A stretch of 64,000 bases of DNA from Leucoraja erinacea. Lineage: Eukaryota. Made by a program: the position numbers and the translations under genes. Shown piece by piece: positions 50,553-62,222 of the stretch. The stretch spans positions 1 to 64,000 of the forward strand of contig NW_026576497.1 of NCBI RefSeq assembly GCF_028641065.1. The letters are read 5' to 3'. The notes under the pieces were generated by a model that was not told where the DNA came from, made no database searches, and was given only the letters and a program-made list of their open reading frames with translations. Within the stretch, counting starts at the first letter, position 1; each line of letters starts with the position of its first letter.

Positions 50553-52085
50553 CAAGTCAAGTCAACTTTATTTGTCACATACATATACAAGATGTGCACT
50601 TGACATGGAGGTGGCAATGCCTGCGGATTGTGCAAAAACTACAGAACAGAATCAGTATTTACATGTATGGTTTTTTTTTACAAGAGACACAACACAACAG
50701 TAAACTAGTTCCTGGTGAGATAAGAGTTTACAGTCCTGATGGCCTGTGAGAAGAACTCCGTCTCATCCTCTCTGTTTCCACAGCATGACAGCGGAGGCGT
50801 TTGCCTGGCCGTAGCAGCTGGAACAGTCCGTTGCTGGGGTTGTGGTGGTTCCCCCATAATGTTAGTGGCTCTGGATCTGCACATCCTGGTGTATAGGCCC
50901 TGCTGGGGGGCAACTGTAGTTCCCATAGTACATTCGGCCGAACGCACTACTGTCTGCAGAGCCTTCCTGTCCTGGGCAGAGCAATTCCCAAACCAGATTG
51001 TGATGTTGCCAGACAGGATGGTTTCTACAACCCCAGAGTAGAAGCACTGGAGGATCCTCCGAGAGACTCTGAATTTCCTCAGCTGCCTGAGGTGATAAAG
51101 GCGCTGCCTCGCCTTACTCACCAGTGCAGCAGTATGTGTTGTACATGTCAGATCCTCTGTGATGTGGACTCCCAAGTATTTTAAGCAGCACACCCCATTC
51201 ACAGTCGCCCCATTTATCTCTAGTGGTGGGTACGTCCTCGGATGTTGTGCCCTTCTAAAGTTCACAATCATTTCCTTAGTTTTTCTCACATTCAAGAGGA
51301 GGCTGTTGTCCTGACAACGAAGTGCCAGGTCGGCCACCTCCTCCCGGTAGGCCTTCTCATCGTTATCGGAGATCAGGCCCACCACCACAGTGTCATGCGC
51401 AAAATTGATGATGGAGTTGGAGCTGAACCTGACGACACATTCATGTGTGTACAGGGAGTACAGTAGGGGGCAAAGGACACAACCCTGGGAGGATCCTGTG
51501 TTCAGGGTGATGGGGTTGGATGTGTGTCTTCCAATCTTGACCACCTGGGGCCGGGCGGTGAGAAAGTGCAGGACCCAGGCACACAGGGGAGTGTTCAGCC
51601 CCAGTTTCAGCAGCTTCTCAGCATGTCCGGTGGGGGATAACGTGTTGAAGGCTGAACTGAAGTCATCCTTACATAGCCCCCCCTACTGGCTGTCAAGGTG
51701 AGATAGAGAGCGGTGTGCAGAACCTGGGAGACCGCATCATCCGTCGATCTGTTCGGACGGTATGCGAACTGCAGCAGGTCCGTGTTGCGAGGCAGGTAGG
51801 CGCACAAGTGTTTCTTGACCAGCCTCTCGAAGCATTTCATGACTACCGAGGTGCGGGCCATCTTCATTCGAGCAGGCTGGAGAGGCATTTTTCGGCACTG
51901 GAAAAATGGTGGATCTTTTGAAGCAGGCAGGGTCCACGGACTTGGCCAGGGAGAGGGTGAATATTGCAGTGAGTACTGGAGCAAGCTGAGCAGCACAAGA
52001 CTGTACTCGCCCAGATATACTCGCCCAGATATACCATCTGGGCCTACAGTTTTCCACGTGTTCACACGCGCCGGAGCCCTCCTCA
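50553..52085 (-). mobile_element. Rex1/Babar-type non-LTR retrotransposon, degenerate RT
   Basis: RT motifs [49 protein letters not shown] and [12 protein letters not shown]; (TTGAC)n tail. Confidence 0.82.
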
Positions 52086-52950
52086 CTCTATTAAACACTA
52101 GGAACAATTTACAATTTTACAGAAGCCAGTTATCCTACAAACCGGTACATCCTTGGAGTATGGGAGGAAACAACATCACCCGGAGAAAACTCACGCAGTC
52201 AAGGGGAGAATTTGCAAACTCTGTATTGACAGCACCCGTAGACAGGATCGAACTCTGGCGCTTCAAGGAAACCATTCTCTGATAGAAACATAGAAACATA
52301 GAAAATAGGTGCAGGAGTAGGCCATTCGGCACTTCGAGCCTGCACCGCCATTCAATATGATCATGCCGGATCTTCGAAATCAGTATCCTGTACCTGCCTT
52401 CTTTCCAAACCCCTTGATCCCTTTAGCCACAAGGACCACATCCAACTCCCTCTTAAATACAGCATATGAACTGGCCTCAACTACCTTCTGTGGCGGAAAG
52501 TTCCAGAGATTCACCACTCCCTATGCGAAAAACGTTTTTCTCATCTCGGTCCTAAAGGATTTCCCCCTTATCCTTAAACTGTGACCCCCTTGCCCTGGAC
52601 TTCACAACATCGGGAACTAACCTGTCAATTCCCTATCGTTACATGGCCATCTTGATTTTAGTTTATAGATACAGCATGAAAATGGGTCCTTCTGCGCACC
52701 GAGTCCATGCCAACCTTCAAACACGTGGGCGCAGTAATTCTATGTGGGGCCAATTCTACAGGGGTCAATTAATCTACACATTCACACACCTTTGGGATGA
52801 GAGAAGTAACCAGAGCACCCAAAGTAAACACACACGGTCACAAGGAGAATGTGCAAACTCCACACAGGCAGCACACAAAGTCGGGATCTAACCAGGGTCT
52901 CTGACACTGTGAGGCAGCAGCTGTACCGAATGCTCCAATGTGCCACCCCT
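52085..52950 (-). mobile_element. V-SINE fragments flanking a CR1 tail (52282-52618)
   Basis: V-domain and CR1 3' sequence. Confidence 0.7.
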
Positions 52951-54061
52951 CTATCTGTAAGCAGTAGAACTGAAGATCAATAAAAAAATGACAGATATGT
53001 TAACCAAGTAGCGACATAACACTAATGTAGATTCTTCTTAAACGCTCTCCACAATGTAATATCGAAGGCTTGGTATTTTTTCATAGGTTCATAATGTTTT
53101 AGGAGCAGAATTAGGCCATTTGAATTATCAATTCCTCTCCGCCACTCAATCATGGCTGATCCATCCCTCGCTCCCAATCCCACTCTCCCGCCTTCTTCCC
53201 ACAATCGCTAACACCCGTGCCAATTAAGAATATGTCTATCTATCACTGCCTTAAAAATAATCTCTAACATTTCCATGCAAAAGCATCACAAACCGTTGGA
53301 AATTAAAATATTATTGTAACGAAAATTATGTAAATTCTTTAGAAATGTTAAGACACAAGAAAACGTATTATAAAAGGCATTTTGATCAGCTGAATGAAAT
53401 AAAATAAAGGGGATATTGGCTTTATGCTGTATATGAAGGAACTGTAGTTGCTGGATTATAACGAAGGTTTTATGTAAAACATTTGTCAATTTCTGTCAAT
53501 TCTCTCTCAAAGTTGTTGTCTGATACAATTGTTGACAGTTATATCTAACAGCATAGACACAGTTTGCATTATGGTGATATATAAGACCGCAGATGCTGAC
53601 ATTTGAGGAAAACACAAAATGGTTGTCAACCACTTTCGACCATTAGGGAGACTGACAAATACCTCCAGGAACCGCACGGAAACCTTGCGTGGGGCACAAC
53701 GTATTCAGAGGGTTTTGGTCAGGTTTCCTAAGTGGGACAGGGGCACACGGAAAGGGTGGTGAGGGGAGGTATTGTTTTCTGCCATCGACCAGAGGTTTCC
53801 GCAGGGTCCGAGTGGAGTTAGCCATTTTTCACGTTACTTATTAGTTTTCTGGATGTTGGTATTGAAACAACTTGCGTCGTTTGAAGCTTGCTTTGTTTCT
53901 CGGGTTCACCAGGATGCAGTGGCTGATAAGTACATCCGAGGTTTCTCAGGTTTCCTGTCAATGTGTGTATGAGCACCGGTCGGCGCTCTCCACATGGCGG
54001 CCACATTGGGCCCTTGAACCCATGCGAGACCCAGAAAGGAGAGGAAAGGCTCACCGCAGGC

Positions 54062-54100
54062 AGTTTTTGCATTACGAAGAGACTGCTTTCGATCATTGTG
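54062..54100 (-). other. 23-bp RSS of V4
   Basis: CACAATG, 23-nt spacer, GCAAAAACT. Confidence 0.92.
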
Positions 54101-54410
54101 GAACTCAGGGCGCAGTAATACACAGCAGAGTCTGTCAGCTGGAGACCCCAAATAGTTAAATGCACAATCGAAGTCGCAGTCTTGAGATCCGCAGAGAAAC
54201 GGTTCTCTAATATGTCTCCTCGTTCTTCCTGATGGTCCCAAGACTGTTTCAGCACAATCATCTCAGGATTCTCCGCCGCAATCTGTCGGTACCAATATAA
54301 ACAATAGGCGGACGCGGTAGTATTGTAGTTACAGGTTAGTTTCACCAAATCATCTTTTCCATGTCTCAGTGAAGACTGGCTCTGAGTGATCGAATCCCCA
54401 GCGCCCTGCC
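54101..54410 (-). CDS. T-cell receptor alpha/delta-type V segment 4 (apparently functional)
   Basis: Acceptor tttcacag|GG CAG. Reads QGAGDSITQSQSSLRHGKDDLVKLTC...LYWYRQ...TDSAVYYCALS; open frame up to the RSS. Confidence 0.93.
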
Positions 54411-54595
54411 CTGTGAAATGGATTCCGGGTCAAGAGAAGAAAAAAAAACGGCCGTTAGACGGTGGAAGGGAACAAATGGAACGTTTCGCCAAAACACACT
54501 TTTTACACAACATCGTATTAGAAAGCATCAGTTGCGAAGGGTTACATGGAGCAAATAAACGGACACCACAGTAACAAGCCGGTCTGCCCACCATC

Positions 54596-56072
54596 TTCCA
54601 GAACAAGGGGTCACAGTTTAAGGATAAAGGGGGAAATCTTTTAGGACTGAGATGAGAAAAATATTTTTCACACAGCGAGTGGTGAATCTCTGGAATTCTC
54701 TGCCACAGATTGTAGTTGAGGCCAGTTCATTGGCTATATTTGAGAAGGAGTTAGATGTGGCCCTAGTGGTTAAAGGGATCAGGCGGTATGGAGAGAAGGC
54801 AGGTGCAGGACACTGAGTTGGATGATCAGCCATGATCATATTGAATGGCGGTGCAGGCTCGAAGGGCCGAATGGCCTACTCCTGCACCTATTTTCTATGT
54901 TTATATTGTTCTACAATCTCTGTGCCAAACATGATGCCAAGATGAACTAATCGTATCTCCTCCTGCACATTGCCGATATCTCTCCTGATCGCGTATATCC
55001 TTGTGTTTATCTAAAAGCCTCTTAAAAGCCACTGTCGTATCGGCTCTATCACCATGTTCGGCAGCATGTCCCAGGCATTACCGCTCTCTCCGTAAATAAC
55101 TCGCACGTTTCGTTCGATTTTTTGCCCCTTTCACCTTTAAGTTAGGCCATCTACTCTCTAATATTTCCACCTTAGGAAACACAAAACCTTTCACTTTGCC
55201 GTCAGAATATTCACTTTCACCGCCAGTTCATGTACATCCACCAGGTCTCAGCCTCTAACAATCCACGGAAAACAAGCCAACTCTGCCCCGACTCTTCTGA
55301 AAGCTAGCACCCTGTAATGCAAGTAGTATTCTGGCAATGAAGCTGGCGACACTCTATCTTCGGTTTAAACCAGCATCTGCAGATCTTTCCTGGTAATCCT
55401 AGTATGCATCCTATCCAAAATCTTCATGCTCTCCCTTAAATAAGACGGTGGGATCTGTAAGCAACGCTACACATGCGGCCTAACCAATGTCCTTTAACGC
55501 TGCACCGCCATAGATGTTTCTACACTGTGTCCATTTTCAACATGTGTCCATAGGAAGGACATCCTTGTGATTGAGGCAGTGCAGCGTAGGTTCACGAGAT
55601 TGATCCCTGGGATGGCGGGACTGTCATACGAGGAAGGACTAAAAAGACTAGACTTGTATTCACTGGAGTTTAGAGGGGTGAGGGGGTTTCTTCTAGAAAC
55701 ATATACAATTATAACAAGAGTGGACAAGCTAGATGCAGGAAAAATGGTCTCTATGTTGGGCGAGTCCAGAACCAGGGGCCACAGTCTCAGAATAAAGGGG
55801 AGGCCATTTAAGACTGAGGTGAGAAACAACATAGAGTGGTGAATTTATGGAATTCCCTGCCACAGAGGGCAGTGGATGCCAAGGCACTGGATGGATTTAA
55901 GAGAGAGTTAGATAGAGCTCTCGGGGCTAGTGGAATCAAGGGATATGGGGATAAGGCAGGCACGGGTTATTGACAGGAGACGATCAGCCATGATCACAAT
56001 GAATGGCAGTGCTGGGTCGAAGGGCCGAGTGGCCTCCCCCTGCACATATTTTCTATGTTTCTATGTTGCTAT
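54596..56072 (+). mobile_element. Two CR1 3' fragments (54596-54910, 55550-56072) in the V4 leader intron
   Basis: CR1 3' ends with tails. Confidence 0.85.
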
Positions 56073-56368
56073 GATTCACATCACACATTGGTTGCCATGG
56101 GGATTGGAGCCAGCAAAGTCTCGGGACACGACCATGGCAGACAGCAGATTGAAGTATCTGCTACGAATAAAAACACAATGTCGCACATGTTAGCCCTCCT
56201 GCCATAACTCATCTTCCAGACTGGAGTGCCCAGCAAGTACAGACTGCTCAAAACAGACTGCACGCGAGGCTTCCATGGCGGTTAGGAGCCACATTCGCCA
56301 GTTTGTGAGCACTAATCCCTGACCCCTCGGAAATCCGTTCACGTCACTGTTGGCTTGAAGGTACTTAC

Positions 56369-56411
56369 CTAATAAGCATGAACTGAAGATGAGAGTAAGC
56401 AGCATGTCCAT
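56369..56411 (-). CDS. TCR V segment 4, leader exon
   Basis: MDMLLTLIFSSCLL+G, donor GTAAGT, phase-compatible with the acceptor at 54411; paralogous to the leader at 61688. Confidence 0.82.
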
Positions 56412-57094
56412 CTTTCCTTTAAGGGAGCAGACAGCTGGCTTGGCCGAAAGTTGCGTTCTGCACTGCTCTGATCGAATTGGAGCTGCGCTGATACAACTTC
56501 GACAGTAGGTTGACACGGCAGCGCCTCTACTTCCATAGAGGTTTTAAGAGATCCTGCATTCACCGAATCTCCAACTAAATATCGACATGTACTGCAGAAA
56601 GTATCCTGACTGCTTACTCATATGGCATTCCTAACGCACAGAAACGCAATAAACGACATAGGGATGGAATCAACACACTTCGTCTCAGGCAAGTAATTCG
56701 TTCTCCCCATCTACGTCGCCCCAACAGCCATCCGGGCCGTGCCCATTTCTAGACTCTGAAACGCGACACTCCCCACGACCCTACCATTCGCCGGGGATGT
56801 CCTGCCGTGTTTGACTTCCCAAAATGCAACACCTCTCACTTATCATCATTAAAATTCATCAACCATTGCTCTGCCTATTTGTTGAACTCCTTCTGCAGTT
56901 GTATAGGGCCCTAGTGAGACCACACCTGCAGTATTATTGTGTGCTGTTCTGGTCCCCTAATTTGAGGAAGGACATTCGTGCCATTGAGGAAGCAGCGTAG
57001 GTTTGCAAGGTTATTTCCCGGGATGGCGGGACTGTTATATGCTGAGAGAATGGAGCAGCTGGGCTTGTACACTCTGGAGTTTAGAAGGATGAGT

Positions 57095-57335
57095 CCGCGG
57101 GAAGTGCGCACGTCAGTACGGCCTCAATGCGGCTGCGGGCCGGCGGGCAGTTGCCGCGCGGAATCTTTGTACAAGGTCAGTTTTTCGGAGCCCAGCGCGA
57201 TGTCGGTACCAGCTCCGCACAACTCCATACGGCTCCGGCGATCGAAGTGGGACCGGCCCCGCGTGGCCGTACGGCTCAAGCGACCACGTTAGGTCGCGCT
57301 TGCCGCATGGGGTCGCATGCTCGTGGGACAGGCCC
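57095..57335. mobile_element. MITE fragment (second copy at 4270-4395)
   Basis: Shared sequence ending GTGGGACAGGCCC followed by TTA, consistent with a Harbinger-like TIR and TSD. Confidence 0.55.
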
Positions 57336-57830
57336 TTAAGTCGCCTACTCCGCATAGTCAGAAAACAACGAACAATCAGCGATGAGAGGGATTCATGAAG
57401 CATTAATACTATGCAGATGTCTCATTTTATCATGGCTGTCTCATTTTAAAGTAACGTTGCATTTCATTCTGGCACAAGGCAGTGGAAGCTTGATTGATCT
57501 CACATCTATTTCATATAGAAGAACAATGATATAAACAGCTTCAGCATTGAATGAACTGGATCATTGATGATCATCCGAATTCAGACCCCATTTCCTGCTT
57601 CTTCCACATACCCCTTGATCCCATTATGCACAATAAATTCGACCAATTCTATTGTGAATATAGTGAAAGGCATTTTGTTCTCGTTTCAACTCATTCCATC
57701 TGGCTCCTATCCAAGGAATGACCCTTAGAAAGTTCTCGATCAGCAACGTCACCCATTCCTTCTCTCAAGAGACGCTGCCTGTCCCGTTGAGTAATTGCAG
57801 CATTTTCTGTCTAGCTTCGGTTTAAACCAG

Positions 57831-58335
57831 CATAGAAACATAGAAACACAGAAATTAGGTGCAGGAGTAGGCCATTCGGCCCTTCGAGCCTGCACCGCCA
57901 TTCAATATCATCATGGCTGATCATCCAACTCAGTATCCCGTACCTGCCTTCTCTCCATACCCTCTGATCCCCTTAGCCACAAGGGCCACATCTAACTCCC
58001 TCTTAAATATAGCCAATTAACTGGCCTCGACGACCCTCTGTGGCAGAGAGTTCCAGTGATTCACCACTCTCTGTGTGAAAAAAAATATTCTCATCTCAGT
58101 TTTAAAGGATTTCCCCCTTATGGATAGGCATATGGATGAGAAGGGAATGGAGGGTTATGGTATGAGTGCAGGCAGGTGGGACTAAGGGAAAAAAGTTGTT
58201 TGGCACGGACTTGTAGTGCCGAGATGGCCTGTTTCCGTGCTGTAATTGTTATCCTTAAGCTGTGACTCCTTGTCCTGGACTTCCCCCAACATCGGGAGCA
58301 ATCTTCCTGCATCTAGCCTGTCCAACCCCTTTAGC
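57831..58335 (-). mobile_element. CR1 3' fragment interrupted by an opposite-strand LINE tail (about 58120-58248)
   Basis: CR1 tail; the insertion is flanked by TTA. Confidence 0.8.
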
Positions 58336-59284
58336 ATCTGCAGTTCTTTGCTGCACATTTTGTCTCCGACACAATCTGGGCTCGAGTCCAACGTTGCATT
58401 GCAAACGGTATTTCCCCGCTTAACTGAACGGAAACACCTGCGGATTCTGTGCAGAGATTAACGAGCGACCTCCTGTGGCCTGTCGGAGATAGTGACTGCT
58501 AACCCAATGGCTCCAATATCTTGCAAGATGCTGATATCTTCTACTGGCAACGCGCGCAGCAATTGAATACTTACAGCTAGTTCCGATTTAAACTTTAATT
58601 GCTAAAGCGCAACAAACTGCTGGCGAAACATAGCGACTTGGTGGCATCTCTGGAGAACATGGATGGGTTATGTCTTAGCTCCAGCAGCAATATAGATTGC
58701 ATATGATCATATGATATATGCACAACCCTGCCCCCAGAATGCTATACATAGATATAAGAGATATGGAATATCAGCAGTTTGAATGCATCGGGTAATACGC
58801 GCAGAGATAGGTCCCAAGAAACTAAAATTTAACAAGGTCATTAGAGATAGGAGCAGAATTAGGCCATTCGGTACATCAAGTTTACTCCGCCATTTAACCA
58901 GGATATATGACTCCCTCCTAACCCCATTCTCCTGCCGCGCAGGAAACGGTTGAACAAGAGCCACTTGTATTGGAAGCTAGATACTAGTTTAATGTTTAAC
59001 GCCATTGGCCAGAGATTTCCGCAGCGTCGGACTTGAATGAGCAATTTTACACTTTATATTTTATTGGTCTAGATCATGGAATTGAACCAAATCGCGTCGT
59101 TTGAAGTTTGCTTAGTTTCTCTGGTTCACCAGGATGCGGTGGCTGACAAGTATATCCGAGGTTTCCTGTCTGTGTGTGTGTGTGTGTGGCTGCGCGCCTA
59201 TTGGCGCTCTGCACATGGCTGCCCCAACTGAGCTCTTGAACCCCTGGGAAACACAGACAATGACAAGAAAGGCTCACCACAGGC

Positions 59285-59323
59285 GGTTATTGCACTGCGC
59301 AGAGACTGCTTCCAATCACTGTG
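59285..59323 (-). other. 23-bp RSS of V5
   Basis: CACAGTG, 23-nt spacer, GCAATAACC. Confidence 0.92.
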
Positions 59324-59633
59324 GAACTCAGGGCGCAGTAATACACTGCAGAGTCTGTCAGCTGGAGGCCCCAGATAGTTAAATGCACAAATGAAGTCGC
59401 TGTCTGGAGATCCATGGAGAAGCGTTTCGCTAATATGTCTCCCGATGTTTCCCGATGGTCCCAAGATCGTATCAGCACGATAAACTCAGGATTTTCCTCG
59501 GCAATTTGTCGATACCAATATAACCAATACGTGGATGCTGCAGTATTGTAGGTGCAGGTTAGTTTCACCAATTCACCTTTTCCCTGTCTCAGTAAAGACT
59601 CGGTCTGAGTGATCGAATCCCCGGCGCCCTGTC
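59324..59633 (-). CDS. T-cell receptor alpha/delta-type V segment 5 (apparently functional, paralog of V4)
   Basis: Reads QGAGDSITQTESLLRQGKGELVKLTC...LYWYRQ...TDSAVYYCALS; open frame up to the RSS. Confidence 0.93.
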
Positions 59634-59786
59634 CTGTGAAATAGATTCAGTGTCAAGAGAATAACAGTGGCCGTTAGACGATGGTTTCGTTTGACCGCCG
59701 AACAAATGCAACGTTTCGACATTCGGACAAAATACACTTTTACATAATGTTGCCCCGTGTTTCAGAAAACATCAGCTGCGAAGGAT

Positions 59787-60080
59787 AGGGATAAGGGGGA
59801 AATCTTTTAGGAGTGAGATAAGAAAACCATTTTTCACACAGAGAGTGGTGAATCTGTGGAATTCTCTGCCACAGAAGGTAGTTGAGGCCACAGTTAATTG
59901 GCTATATTTAAGAGGGAGTTAGATGTGGCCCTTGTGGCTAAAGGGATCAGGGGGTATGGAGAGCAGGTACAGGATACTGAGTTGGAAGATCAGCCATGAT
60001 CATATTGAATGGCGGTGCAGGCTCGAAGGGCCGAATGGCCTCTACTCCTGCATCTGTTTTCTATGTTTCTATGTTTCTAT
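59787..60080 (+). mobile_element. CR1 3' fragment in the V5 leader intron
   Basis: CR1 tail. Confidence 0.85.
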
Positions 60081-60468
60081 AACATGGAACAGAAATACGG
60101 ACAGAATCGGAACAAGCCGTTCAGCCAACAATGTCTGCGCCGAACATGATGCAAAGCTCAACTAAGTGCATCTTCTGTAAATCACTCATATCTCTCCTTT
60201 CCGTGCAGGTCCGTGTGTTGATCTCAAACCCTCTTAAAAGCCTCTGTCGTATCGTCTCTATCACCACCCCCGGCAGCATGTGCCATGTACTTACCGCTCC
60301 CCCCGTAAATAACCCGTACATATCGTTTGCGTTTTGCCCGCTTCACCTTAATGGAAGGGCATCTAGTATTTAATAATTCCACAGTGGGAAAGAAAAACCC
60401 GTTCTGAATGCCTACACTTTCCATATCTCTCATAGGTTCATATACTTTAATCAGATCGGAGCCCCTAT

Positions 60469-60687
60469 TGCCCCTGTCCCACTTAGGAATCCTGAACGGA
60501 AACCTCTGGAGACTTCGCGCCCCACCCAAGGTTTCCGTGCGGTTCCCAGAGGTTTTTGTCAGTCTCCCTCCCTGCTTCCACTACCTGCAACCTCCGGCAA
60601 CCACCTGCAACCTTCGGGAGCCGCACGGAAACCTTGAGTGGGGCGCAAAGTATCCGGAGGTTTCCGTTCCTAAGTGGGACAGGGGCA
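60469..60687. mobile_element. Palindromic MITE (Harbinger-like); partial copies at 34447-34627 and 53643-53744
   Basis: TIRs TGCCCCTGTCCCACTTAGG / CCTAAGTGGGACAGGGGCA with an extended internal inverted repeat. Confidence 0.8.
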
Positions 60688-61285
60688 TTATAATCCATGT
60701 TAAACAAGCCAACTCTGCCCCATCTGTCCTGAAAGTTAGCACTCTTTAATCCAAGTAGTATTCTGGGTATAGGGCTGGAGATACTAAATCTTCGGTTTAA
60801 ACCAGCACCTTCAGTTCCTTCCAAATAGTATTCTGGTAGTCCTAGCCTGCATCCTAACCAAAACCTCCACGCGTTTCCATCAATAAGACGATGGGAACTG
60901 TAGGCGACGCTACAAATGCGGCCAAACCAAGGTCTTTAAGCGCTGCATCGTGTTGTTGCAACAGTGGATTTTTCCACAATGGGTCCTATAGTGCACAGCA
61001 CCCGTTGGCTGTTATTGCGATTGAACCCAGCAAGGTCTAGGGAGACGGACACGGCAGACAGCAGATTGAATTATCTGCTAAGAAAAAAAAACACACCACC
61101 ATGTCGCACATGTGAAATATCCTGCCCGAACTCATTTTCCAGATTGAAGTGTTCAGCCAGTACACACAACTCAGACTGCACTCGAGGAGTCCATGAATGT
61201 CACGAGCCCCAGTCGCCAGGCCGATTGTGAGCAGTACTCCCGGACTCTTCAGAAAGTCCACGAACATTGTGAATACAGCAGACAA

Positions 61286-61640
61286 AGGGCCGAATGGCCT
61301 ACCCCTGCACCTATTTTCTATGTGTCTATGTTTCTATGTGTCTAAATCACGGATCTCGAAGGGCCGAATGGCCTCCGCCTGGACCTATTTTCTATGTTTC
61401 TATGTTTCTATGTCACTAAATCACGGATCTCGAAGGGCCGAATGGCCTCCTCCTGCACCAATTTTCTATGTTTCTATGTTTCTATGTTTCTATCTCTCTA
61501 AATCACAGATCTCGAAGGGCCGAATGGCCTACTCCTGCACCTATTTTCCATGTGTCTATGTTTCTATGTCTCTAAATCACAGATCTCGAAGGGCCGAATG
61601 GCCTCCTCCTGCACCTATTTTCTATGTTTCTATGTCTATG
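61286..61640 (+). repeat. Minisatellite, 5 units of about 74 bp, derived from the CR1 3' terminus
   Basis: Repeated AAGGGCCGAATGGCCT..CCTGCACCTATTTTCTATGTTTCTATG..CTAAATCACRGATCTCG. Confidence 0.88.
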
Positions 61641-61687
61641 TCAAAGTTGGCTTCAGTTAACCTCACTTTTGTCTTAAAGGTACTTAC

Positions 61688-61730
61688 GGACTAAACATGC
61701 ACAAAATATGCAAGCAAGCAGCATTTCCAT
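61688..61730 (-). CDS. TCR V segment 5, leader exon
   Basis: MEMLLACIFCACLV+C, donor GTAAGT, phase-1 splice to 59633. Confidence 0.82.
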
Positions 61731-62222
61731 CTTTCTTTCAGGGAGCAAATAGTCGCCGTGACGGGAAGTTGGAGTCCGTGGCTCTGCAGTGCTCCCCACT
61801 GCACTGTTATTCGCCGGAATCCTGCCCTGTTTGACTACGTATAAACCGAAACCTCTCACTTATCTCCATCAAAATTCAACAACCATTGCTCGGCCCACTT
61901 GTGGAACTGATCAAGGTCCTCCGGTGGTTTTTGATTATCATCTTCGCTCTCTACGACTCCACCTACCGTGGTGTCATCTTCTATGCATGCCTTCTACATT
62001 CTCATCCAAATCTTCGATATCAATGACAAACATCATTGGGCCCAGAACTGATGCTTTAGGCAGACAACTAGTCGCAGGCATCCAATCCGAAAAAAAATAT
62101 CTTCCGCCATCCTACTCTGCTTTCTCCCTTCAAGTTGATTTTCTCCCCATTTAACAAAATCCACCTGGATCTCGTGCTACCGTTCCAGGGCAGCCAACCA
62201 CGCGGCACTTTATAACATGACA

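Noticed and set aside
54411-56368. NAR-TCR V/D/J cassette or D/J segments upstream of V4, or elsewhere in the window
   Set aside because: I found no 12-RSS, FGXG J motif or NAR-type V exon by eye; the interval is TE-filled intron.
61286-61640. CRISPR-like array
   Set aside because: Eukaryotic DNA, no unique spacers, and the unit derives from the CR1 tail.
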